IMG/VR virus record: IMGVR_UViG_3300022602_000026
Source: a virus
Lineage: Duplodnaviria; Caudoviricetes
Strand: one strand, 5' to 3'
DNA length: 64,000 nt
Shown here: positions 36,954-46,500 of the stretch, piece by piece
How positions within the stretch are numbered: the stretch's first letter is position 1
Layout of the letters: each line of letters opens with the position of its first letter
The notes under the pieces: model-generated
The model's input: only the letters and a program-made list of their open reading frames with translations
Told to the model about the DNA's origin: nothing
The model's database searches: none
Position numbers and translations under genes: made by a program

Positions 36954-37676
36954 ATGGCAAAACTAAAAATTACGCAAACAGACTCTAGCGGTCAAATACA
37001 CGATCGTTATACCGGTCCAGAATCTATCAATGGATCATACGTTGGTGGTACCGGCGGTTTAACAAGCCAAACCGGTCGTCAAATTCAAGGACAAAGTTAT
37101 GTTGTGGGATCTAGCTCACAACAATGTAGTATTCTTGCACAAAAAGGTTCACACAAGTTCCGTGTACAAGATGCACTATCGGCCAAAGGCACTTGCACAT
37201 TGACAAATTCACCAAACCCAACTGCGGGTCAAATGAACATTTTGTTGACTTTGAACAATGCAGCTGCTAATATTGCTGCTGCTAACGTTGCTGGCGGTGC
37301 TACTAGTACCACAGTGACATTTGACACACGTACAGCAGTAACTGGTCCAGTTGCTCTTCCTAGAGTTGGTGATTACTTGAGCTGGACAAGTCCAACTTCT
37401 AATATTGCTAACTTTACACAAGTTACAGCAGTTACCAATAGCACAATCACTATTGCTACTAGCGGTAATGTTCCTGCGTACACTGGTGTTACAGTAAGTA
37501 CTAACACATACGCAAGTAAACTAAACAACAGACACGTTTGGGATTGGTACAGTGACGGTCAAATAGACAGTACACAGGGTATTACAACATTCTATACCAC
37601 TGGATATAACCCAACTCGTTATCGTTACCACTTGGCAGCTCCAGATTCTACTTTCATCCAAGTACAATACGCATAA
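36954..37676 (+). CDS. Putative virion structural protein (head decoration candidate)
   Basis: 240 aa, Thr/Gly-rich, strong SD, TATAAATA at 36869-76, directly after the capsid block. Confidence 0.55.
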   Translation: MAKLKITQTDSSGQIHDRYTGPESINGSYVGGTGGLTSQTGRQIQGQSYVVGSSSQQCSILAQKGSHKFRVQDALSAKGTCTLTNSPNPTAGQMNILLTLNNAAANIAAANVAGGATSTTVTFDTRTAVTGPVALPRVGDYLSWTSPTSNIANFTQVTAVTNSTITIATSGNVPAYTGVTVSTNTYASKLNNRHVWDWYSDGQIDSTQGITTFYTTGYNPTRYRYHLAAPDSTFIQVQYA

Positions 37677-37718
37677 TAACAACTATTAGCTGTATTTGAC
37701 TACGGCATGACTCGACTT

Positions 37719-37747
37719 GAAGCGGCTCTTTTGGGCCGCTTCTTTTT
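37719..37747 (+). terminator. Rho-independent terminator
   Basis: GAAGCGGCTC-TTTT-GGGCCGCTTC followed by TTTTT. Confidence 0.8.
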
Positions 37748-37801
37748 GATATTTCGATATCTTTGAATCGGATAAATATACAATAAACAAGGCATTCCGA
37801 A

Positions 37802-38353
37802 ATGAGTAGCGTAAAAAGAATTTCCGGGCAATACACAATTGAAACTGTGAATTCCACAGATCAAATCAATTTGAATAGTCCCTTGGTTGTAGTAAATGGT
37901 AACCTATGGGTAACCGGCAATAGCCAAGTAGTTTCCAGCACAGATACAGCAATAACCAATAACACAATTACTCTAAACAACGGAGTAACCAATCCAAATC
38001 CACTAGGTGCCAATATCATAGTTGATCGTGGTACGAGTCCAAATGTAAGTATACGCTGGAACGAGACTGTAACGGCCTGGCAAGTTACCACTAACGGCAG
38101 TACCTATGCCAATATTGCAACCGCATCAGGATCGTTTTCAAATGTCTACGCTGACAGTGCACCTGCAATCAGTGCAAACCTAGATTTACGCGGGCACTCG
38201 ATTTGGGATAGTACCAACAACGCAAACGTACAACTCTTTGCAAGCAGTGTCGGAAACGGCGGAACAGGAATACACGTAACAAATACACAATATACTGACA
38301 AGGAAATTATGTTGAAACAACGTAGTATTGCTTACAGTATTTTATTCGGATAA
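37802..38353 (+). CDS. Virion structural / fibre-associated protein
   Basis: 183 aa, beta-rich, N/T/S-rich; shares a V.GN…I.LN…I…RG…W.E module with the 40807 and 50833 genes. Confidence 0.6.
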   Translation: MSSVKRISGQYTIETVNSTDQINLNSPLVVVNGNLWVTGNSQVVSSTDTAITNNTITLNNGVTNPNPLGANIIVDRGTSPNVSIRWNETVTAWQVTTNGSTYANIATASGSFSNVYADSAPAISANLDLRGHSIWDSTNNANVQLFASSVGNGGTGIHVTNTQYTDKEIMLKQRSIAYSILFG

Positions 38354-38364
38354 TAGGAACAAAA

Positions 38365-38670
38365 ATGTCATTACAAAACGCATCAATACCAAATACAACA
38401 GCAACTGCAATATATACCAGTTCGGGCAACAACGTGATATCTACAGTGCATATATGTAACAACACAAATGCCACAATTTATGCCAACGTATATCTAGTGC
38501 AAAATACATTTATTGCAAATGCAGTAAACATAATTTATGGCAACGTTGCGGTCAGTGCATACAACACCTTGATCACACAAGAAAAATTTGCACTTGGCAC
38601 TGGTGATGCAGTTTATGCAAACGCAAGTACCACTGGATTATCGGCTACTATCAGCTATATTGGAATTTAA
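38365..38670 (+). CDS. Small virion structural protein
   Basis: 101 aa beta-rich protein within the fibre operon. Confidence 0.6.
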   Translation: MSLQNASIPNTTATAIYTSSGNNVISTVHICNNTNATIYANVYLVQNTFIANAVNIIYGNVAVSAYNTLITQEKFALGTGDAVYANASTTGLSATISYIGI

Positions 38671-38672
38671 CA

Positions 38673-39128
38673 ATGGCACGATTTCTTAAAAACCCACAAC
38701 TTGCTCCGGGGGCGCAGGGAGCAATTTTGCCTGTAGTACCCAGCAGTGCTTATGGCGATGCACCGGTATCGGGACTGATTAGATTCAATCAGGCATCAAG
38801 CAGAATTGAATTCTATTACAACGGTGCCTGGAGTCAAATTGCCAAAATTGGTAGTGTAACTATAGTAGTAGATTCGTCCAATGGCGGAACCAATGGCGGC
38901 ACAACATTGCCTTATGGTAATGGATCCACACAGACATTTACTATGAGTCAAGCCGAAACAGATCCAAATGCTGTTGCAGCATTTGTTGGCGGTGTTTATC
39001 AAGAACCCAATACTTACACAGTTTCGGGAACTAGTATTACATTTTCCACTGCACCGCCTTTGGGAACTATCAACCCAACTCAGATCACGATCATACACAA
39101 CATCAACAGCACCAACGTGCCGGCATAA
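38673..39128 (+). CDS. Virion structural / fibre adaptor protein
   Basis: GLIRFN…IEFY and FVGGVYQEPNTYTVSGTSITFSTAP modules recur in neighbouring fibre genes. Confidence 0.6.
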   Translation: MARFLKNPQLAPGAQGAILPVVPSSAYGDAPVSGLIRFNQASSRIEFYYNGAWSQIAKIGSVTIVVDSSNGGTNGGTTLPYGNGSTQTFTMSQAETDPNAVAAFVGGVYQEPNTYTVSGTSITFSTAPPLGTINPTQITIIHNINSTNVPA

Positions 39129-39137
39129 GGGGCACAA

Positions 39138-40685
39138 ATGGCACTGGCAAAAATTAATGGACCGATGCTGCAAGCGAACCTGGAACGCCATGGTGTCAAC
39201 ATCTCCATTGATTCTGCTGCCTATTTTGACGTAAACAATTATCGTGTTGGTGTCAATAATTCAAGTCCGATGTACACATTGGATGTGTCGGGAAATGCAC
39301 ATCTAGGCAATATGTATATGTTGGGAAACACAATCACAACCGATCCCGGATACAAACTAAATCTCGGAAATATTGCCAACATCACCATTAGCGGTGGACA
39401 ACCAAATTATATTATATACACTGATGGCGCTGGTAATTTGACCTTTGGCGATGTAGATGCATTGCCCGAAGTATCGGCAATACTTGCCAACATTGCAACT
39501 GCAAATTTAGAAATTGCTGGAGCAAATGCTGCAATCGTAACTGCTAATAACGCAGTGGTTGCGTATGTTAACACACTAAATTCTGCAATGGCATCAAACG
39601 TGGCCGGAGCTAATGCTGCGATTGTAACCGCTAACAGCGCAGTAGTCGGTTATGTGAACTATCTAAACACACAGATGGCTGCTAATGTAGCCGGAGCAAA
39701 TGCTGCTATAGTTACTGCCAATACCGCAGTGGTAAACTATGTAAATACTGCCAACGCCGCAGTGGTAAACTATATTAATCAAGAAATAGGCAATCTTTCC
39801 GCTGGCGGAAACGCAAATATTGCTGCCTACTTATCAACGTTCACCGGAAATATCAGTGCAGGAAATATCAGTGTAGACACTATATCGCCCCTTCAAACCA
39901 CAGTAACAGTTTTCAATTCAAATACAGCAATTGGTATTCCCAGCGGAAATTCAGCACAACGACCTTCAAATCCCGGTATCGGATACATTAGATACAATAC
40001 CGTATCGGAAACAATCGAAGTTTATACTGCCAATGGTTGGACCACAATTGGTGGAGAACTGATAAGCCAAACAATTACTCCCGACGGAGTTGCTAATACT
40101 TTTGCACTAACCAATGCAGCAGCCGCAGCCGATATGTTGGTAAGTATTAACGGTGTTGTGCAAAGACCAGGATCGGCATACACTGTTTCGGGATCTAACA
40201 TTGTATTCACCGAAGTTCCTTTGATAACAGATATAATTGATGTTCGTATCTTGGTATCTTTAGTGGAATTTGGTGATACTGTATCGGGAAATTTAACAAT
40301 TGGCGGAAATGTAATTGTTGCCAATAATATTTCAGTGTCGGGCACAGTAACTGGCGGAAAATCACAATCGGGATCGGTACTCTTTACTGCAAATGCCACA
40401 GTAAATTCCACATTCATGGGCGGGGTTTTAGAAGCCGCCGGCACATTGCCCTATACTCTGACATTGCCAAATCCAACTTTATACCGGGGTCAAATAACAA
40501 TGTGGCTAAATGCTTCGGGCACATTGACCTTGACCACCCCGGCCGGTGTTATTTATGTGACCTATAGCGGCACAACCTCGGGATCGGGAACAGCTACAGT
40601 TACCCTTGCCAACAACAATACTACGTTGTTTACCCTAATGGCCGATGGATATAATTGGTCAATTTGGGGTGTCAAAACAGCCTAA
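39138..40685 (+). CDS. Fibre protein with a coiled-coil shaft
   Basis: AGANAAIVTAN repeats with an 87-nt period at 39516, 39603 and 39690. Confidence 0.7.
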   Translation: MALAKINGPMLQANLERHGVNISIDSAAYFDVNNYRVGVNNSSPMYTLDVSGNAHLGNMYMLGNTITTDPGYKLNLGNIANITISGGQPNYIIYTDGAGNLTFGDVDALPEVSAILANIATANLEIAGANAAIVTANNAVVAYVNTLNSAMASNVAGANAAIVTANSAVVGYVNYLNTQMAANVAGANAAIVTANTAVVNYVNTANAAVVNYINQEIGNLSAGGNANIAAYLSTFTGNISAGNISVDTISPLQTTVTVFNSNTAIGIPSGNSAQRPSNPGIGYIRYNTVSETIEVYTANGWTTIGGELISQTITPDGVANTFALTNAAAAADMLVSINGVVQRPGSAYTVSGSNIVFTEVPLITDIIDVRILVSLVEFGDTVSGNLTIGGNVIVANNISVSGTVTGGKSQSGSVLFTANATVNSTFMGGVLEAAGTLPYTLTLPNPTLYRGQITMWLNASGTLTLTTPAGVIYVTYSGTTSGSGTATVTLANNNTTLFTLMADGYNWSIWGVKTA

Positions 40686-40806
40686 AGAATTCAATTCTAA
40701 CAATACAGTAATAATTTTTTAAATCATACCATAAATAACACCCCTAGAGTGGTTTCGTCACGGCTAAACTAAATATGTTTAACACACGAATTTTTAAGGA
40801 AAAAAC

Positions 40807-43503
40807 ATGTCCGGATCAGCAACCAGAATTACCAATAATCAGATCACAGTTGCAACGATTGATTATACACGTATTGCGTCGGGAACCTTAGTAGGATCAC
40901 TATTCAATCCAAATTTAACTTTAAACAGTAACGTCAGCATTTTAGGAAACTTCAGTGTTCAAGGCAACACCGAAACAATTAATGCTACAAATACCTACAT
41001 CAATGACCCGTTGGTTGTTTTTAACAATGGTTATACCGGAAGTTTAGCAGGTTACGACATTGGTATTGTTATTAATAGAAATTTGGCCAGTTTAGGCCCC
41101 TACGGTTCGGTTAACACATTTTTGGGATGGGTCGAAAGCGATCAAGCATTCGAAGCACTGGCAACAACCAATACTGGCGGTAACGTACAAAGTATCAACA
41201 ACAGTGGATTTGCCAACGTTAAAATTGGTAACTTAACCAGTGTATCTGCAAACATTACTGGAACTGTATTAATTTCGGGCAATACCGCAGTTAACAATAC
41301 ACTGTATGCTCAGGGCGTATACGACAACGGAGTTCGTGTAGCAAGTACCAGTGGCGGTGCAGGTAATTTAAGCATTGTCGGCGGGAACATTACACTACCA
41401 CTTAGTGGTCCAGGTAATTTAGCAGTTACAGGTAGTGCAACACAGATTCCAGTAATTACAACAGATGCATATGGACGTATTTTGACAATGTCAAATACTG
41501 CTGTATCAACCACTGTTACCTTGGCCGGTACCAGCGGATCTGGCAGTTTTGCTGGTGGCGGAACACTAACATTTGCAAGCACAAACGGTGTAACGATCGC
41601 AGTTGGTACAAACTATGCAAACATCAGTACTCCGCAAGACCTAAGAGTAACAGCAACTCCAACATTTAACGGTTTATATTCCAACGTTGGCGCAAGTAGT
41701 TTGTCAATATCGGGCAACACTATAATCAGTAACACCGGCATTATCAGCTTGGGCAGTATTGCCAATTTACAAGTAACCGGTGGTGCAACAGGATATGCAG
41801 TGACCACAAACGGCACAGGAACATTGAGTTTTAGTGCTGCCAATGTGATTGTGCTTGGTGCAAATGCTTCGGGACAACTAGTAAGTAATGCAGTGACATT
41901 AACAAGCACCACAGACGTAACCGATGCAATAGCACAGTTGAACGCAATTTTAGGCAAATTGACTCCAAGTAGTCCGCCAAACTTCCCAGCTACCACATTG
42001 ACTCAATCCACTGCTACCACTACTGGATTAATGGCCAGCTTTACGCAGACCGACAACTCGGGATGGGGCAACCTAAGCGTTAGTGGTGGAACCTCAACCA
42101 ATGCTGTAAGGGTTGCAACTTTTGCTACCAGCACAGTGACCAATTCGGGCACTACTCCTAGTGGTGGTAACATTCAGTTATACATCAATGGTGTTGTACC
42201 GCCAAGCAATTTCCATGCCTTAACATCAACTCCAACCAGTGCAGACAACGGCACATACGGTAACTTGGTGGTATCAGGTGTACAAGATTATCACAACATT
42301 GTAAGCACTGTGGCAGCTGGATTCTGGAACGTGTTTTCAGCATCGGTTGCAGCAACCAGCATCCCGGCAGGATGGAATCGAGCCAATATATTCTACACTG
42401 GCGATGCAGCAGCAACACCTACCTTGACTTGGTATTATGATTCAAGCGCACCAACTGCACCGGCATTTAGTGCAACCAGTATTGCATTGAGCAGTAACGT
42501 GGTATCTTATTCAAGTACTATTCCGCATTTAAACTCCAGTGCTGGCTTTACAATAAATGGCACAGTACAAAACTTGAGTGGCGATATGTATTACTCGGCT
42601 TGGACTAGTACTGGTGCCAACTTCTTCTCAAGCCTTGGTGCAGGCGGAGCATTACTAGCACCAGCCAATAGAACACTGGCACAAGTGGGTGTACCTGTAC
42701 CACTAACACGTAACAACACCAGTGCATACTCGTTCTCAACTACCAGTAACGTAACAACCGGCTTTGGTAGTGCTGTAGCAACTGCCGGACCATCAGTGAG
42801 CGTTTCAACTCCGTATGCAACTACTAGCAGTGGAACATTCCAACCGGGCAACATTATTTTGTACAAAACAAATACAACCAATCAAATTGAAGAAACCAGT
42901 TTGACAAGTAGTTACGGAACTGCTGCTCGTATTACCAATCCAGACGGCGGTACTGCTGCAGATACTCCCGCATACACAGGAACTGAGACAACATTTAATA
43001 GTCAAACCAGCGCATTGTTGGCAACAGATGCAACAGTTGTTGCTGCAAAATTACAATACGATGTAACCAATTATTCAACTGGATACTATCCTGTAGGACC
43101 CAATTTAAGTTCTGGTCGTGCATCGAGTCAGTATTTTACATTCAAGTTTAACTACGCAGCGCTTTCTAGTTTTTACATTCACTATACAGGAACACTTGCA
43201 GGCTTATGGATAGCTTGCCCGGGTGTGACAGATACGCCAGCAAGCCCAACCAACGGATGGTTAAATGCAGCAGCGGCTTATGCAGGATCTGGAGTACCAG
43301 GAACAGGTACAGGCGGTAACGGAAGTAACGGATGTGCTGTTGGCGGAACTGCAACACTAAATTCAAATGGTACTTACAATATCAACGTGACATTTGGATC
43401 AGTAAACACATCAAGTGCAGGTAACAAGAGTAACGAAGTTTACGTTAGAGTTAAATTGACAAGCGGTCAGTCACTAACTGTATTAACAGTACAATCATCA
43501 TAA
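40807..43503 (+). CDS. Large fibre / virion appendage protein
   Basis: 898 aa, T/S/G/N-rich beta-structure. Confidence 0.65.
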   Translation: MSGSATRITNNQITVATIDYTRIASGTLVGSLFNPNLTLNSNVSILGNFSVQGNTETINATNTYINDPLVVFNNGYTGSLAGYDIGIVINRNLASLGPYGSVNTFLGWVESDQAFEALATTNTGGNVQSINNSGFANVKIGNLTSVSANITGTVLISGNTAVNNTLYAQGVYDNGVRVASTSGGAGNLSIVGGNITLPLSGPGNLAVTGSATQIPVITTDAYGRILTMSNTAVSTTVTLAGTSGSGSFAGGGTLTFASTNGVTIAVGTNYANISTPQDLRVTATPTFNGLYSNVGASSLSISGNTIISNTGIISLGSIANLQVTGGATGYAVTTNGTGTLSFSAANVIVLGANASGQLVSNAVTLTSTTDVTDAIAQLNAILGKLTPSSPPNFPATTLTQSTATTTGLMASFTQTDNSGWGNLSVSGGTSTNAVRVATFATSTVTNSGTTPSGGNIQLYINGVVPPSNFHALTSTPTSADNGTYGNLVVSGVQDYHNIVSTVAAGFWNVFSASVAATSIPAGWNRANIFYTGDAAATPTLTWYYDSSAPTAPAFSATSIALSSNVVSYSSTIPHLNSSAGFTINGTVQNLSGDMYYSAWTSTGANFFSSLGAGGALLAPANRTLAQVGVPVPLTRNNTSAYSFSTTSNVTTGFGSAVATAGPSVSVSTPYATTSSGTFQPGNIILYKTNTTNQIEETSLTSSYGTAARITNPDGGTAADTPAYTGTETTFNSQTSALLATDATVVAAKLQYDVTNYSTGYYPVGPNLSSGRASSQYFTFKFNYAALSSFYIHYTGTLAGLWIACPGVTDTPASPTNGWLNAAAAYAGSGVPGTGTGGNGSNGCAVGGTATLNSNGTYNINVTFGSVNTSSAGNKSNEVYVRVKLTSGQSLTVLTVQSS

Positions 43504-43518
43504 TAAGAGAACTAAAAA

Positions 43519-46500
43519 ATGGCCATAACACAAACACAAATTGTTGACTACTTAAATAAAAAGGTTGGATACGGAGTAGCCAAGACCGACACGTCTACTG
43601 CAAAATATCCATTTAACGAGAGTATTGCTAGTCCGTTATTGGTACCTGGGGCAACAATTTTACAACAAGATTTCGCAATTCCCAACGTATCAAGTGCGCC
43701 TAGTGCAAATACAGTATTAAATGGTAGCACTATTGTTTCTGTTTACAACACATCAACAAGTGCAGTGGTACAAGGAACTTCGCTAAGTGAGTCAGTGACA
43801 AACGAAACTTGGAGTACTGGTATAACAAACTGGATACCGCCAAGTTTTGGATCAGGATACCAACTTAAAATTTATGCAGGCCCCCCAGGCGCAAGTGTGT
43901 CGACTGCAGCAACTTATACAAATTTGCCTGTTGCAGGTAGCGGTAACAGTGACTCTTGGTTCTTTGATTACCAATCAGGTATACTTAACTTTGCTGATAC
44001 AAACGTTCCTACAGCGGCTGCAAACGTTTCCAACGTTGTTTACTTTATGGGTGCAGTTTATACTGGTACTCTTGGTATTACTAACTATGCCAATTTGAGC
44101 GTAACTGGTAATCTAACAAGTATAAACGGTAATATAGTACTGACTAACGGCAATATAACCGCAGCGAATCACATCGGAACCGGCAATGTAACTGCTGCAA
44201 ACTTGGTAGCAACATCGGGAATTTACGGTACATTTTATGGTACTGTGTACGGACAATCAGGTTCGTCATCAGTGGGTAACGTTTCGTACTTTGTTAACGA
44301 AGCAACTACAACTACCAATGCCACATACTATCCATTGATTGGTAACACTGGCGGAGTAACCAGCGGTAATACCGGAGTATTTACAAACAGTTCTTTGGGC
44401 TACAATCCCAGTACCGGAACCTTGTTTACAAACACACTAAATGCTGCCACAATTGGTAACACCGGTGCTGCTATTAGCGGCGCAACATTAAATCTAACAA
44501 GTACTGCATCAATTGGCGGTACTGCTACAGTAAATGCACTGACCAGTAATGGTGCAGTGTCGGGAACAACCGGCACATTTAACACACTAAATGCTGCCAC
44601 AATTGGTAACACCGGTGCTACATTGACAGGTACTTTGAGCACTGCTGCTCAAACAAATATTACTAGTGTTGGTACACTAACTGGCTTGACAGTGGCCGGT
44701 ACCGAAGCAGTAACTACACTTAATGCTACAACTGTAAATGCTGCCACAATTGGTAACGCCAGTGCTGTATTAACCGGAGCAACAGGTACATTTAGTTCTT
44801 GGGCCAACGTAACTGGCGCAACACAATCAACAAGTGCCTCAACCGGCGCTTTAATAGTTGCAGGTGGTGCAGGTATTGGGGCAAACTTGTTTGTTGGCGG
44901 TAACGCAACCATTGCCGGTAACTTGCAAGTCAATGGAACATTAACATATCTAAACACAACAACTACACAAATTTCAGGTACAGAAATTGTTGCTGGTGTA
45001 ATCCAAGCCAATTCAGGAACTGCAAGTACAAGTACCACAACAGGTGCATTACAAGTATTGGGCGGCGCAGGTATCACTGGTGCAGTTTATGCCGGCAGTA
45101 TTCAAAACACGCCAATTGGCAGTACAACTGCAAGCAGTGGTTCGTTTACTACATTGGGCACAAGCGGCCTAGTATCTTTAAACAATACAACACCAAATAC
45201 CGGTAGCGGTACTGGAGCACTACAAGTTTCTGGTGGCGCATACATTGCCGGTAACTTGTTTGTTGGCGGTAATATTAATTTATCACAAGCAAACGTTTCT
45301 GTGTTTACTGGTAATAGCGGACAATTCTTTGGTAATGCAGCAGGTTATGGTGCATTGTATGCTGGTATTCCAATTGGATATGTTGCAGACCCCTATACAG
45401 TAACTCAAATAACTGCTAATTTTAACAATTATGCAGGTGTTGTTACCGGACAAAATTTAAATAGCGGGCCACTTGCATCGGCTGATATATTCTTAACTCC
45501 AAACAACGGTACTTTCAACGACACATATCTTGATATGGGTATTGCAAGTAGCACATATAACTATCCAGGTTATAGCTTGATTGGCGCAAATGATGCTTAT
45601 TTGTTTAACTGGGGTAATGCTACAACCGGCGGCGGTAACCTAATAGTAGGCACCGGCACTGCAAACGATATTATATTTGCAGTTCAAGGTATCAACACCA
45701 ACAACGAGGTAATGCGTATTACTCGTGCCAACGTTGTTGCAATCAAATCAACAGTATCAGCATCAAGCACATCAACTGGTGCGCTGACAGTGGCTGGCGG
45801 TGTTGGTGTTACTGGGGCAATTTACGCAGGCAGTATTCAAAATACTCCAATTGGTAGTACAACTGCATCAACCGGTGTGTTTACTACAGTAACAACGCCA
45901 ACAGTCAACGCCACAAACATCAACAGTGCCACAATTGGTAACACGGGTGCTACAATTACTGGTGCTATTGTAACTGCAACAACTTCGGTAACAACCGCAA
46001 CAGTGAGCGCAACCAGCGTATATGCATCAACAATTGGTAATAGTGCAGCTGCACTAACAGGTGCAACATTAAACGCAAGTACCAGTGTTACAACTGCTAC
46101 AGTTAATGCTACCACAGTCAATGCTACAAACGTAAACGGTGCTACAATTGGTAATACCGGCGCAGTATTAACTGGTGCTACTGTAACTGCAACAACATCG
46201 GTTACAACACCAACTGTGACTGCCACCACACTAAATGCAGCCACAATTGGTAATACTGGTGCTGCATTAACTGGCTCGACTCTAACTGCAAGTACCAGCG
46301 TTACAACTGCTACGGTTAACGCCACTAACGTTAATAGTGCCACAATTGGTAACATTGGCGCAAGCATTGTTGGTAACGGTGGATTCTTAAGCAATTTGAT
46401 TGCTGCCAACGTCGTTGGAACAGTAACAACTGCCAACGTTGCCTACTATAACAACGTGGCAACGGCAAGCTCTAATGCAACTTACTACGTGGATTTTGCA

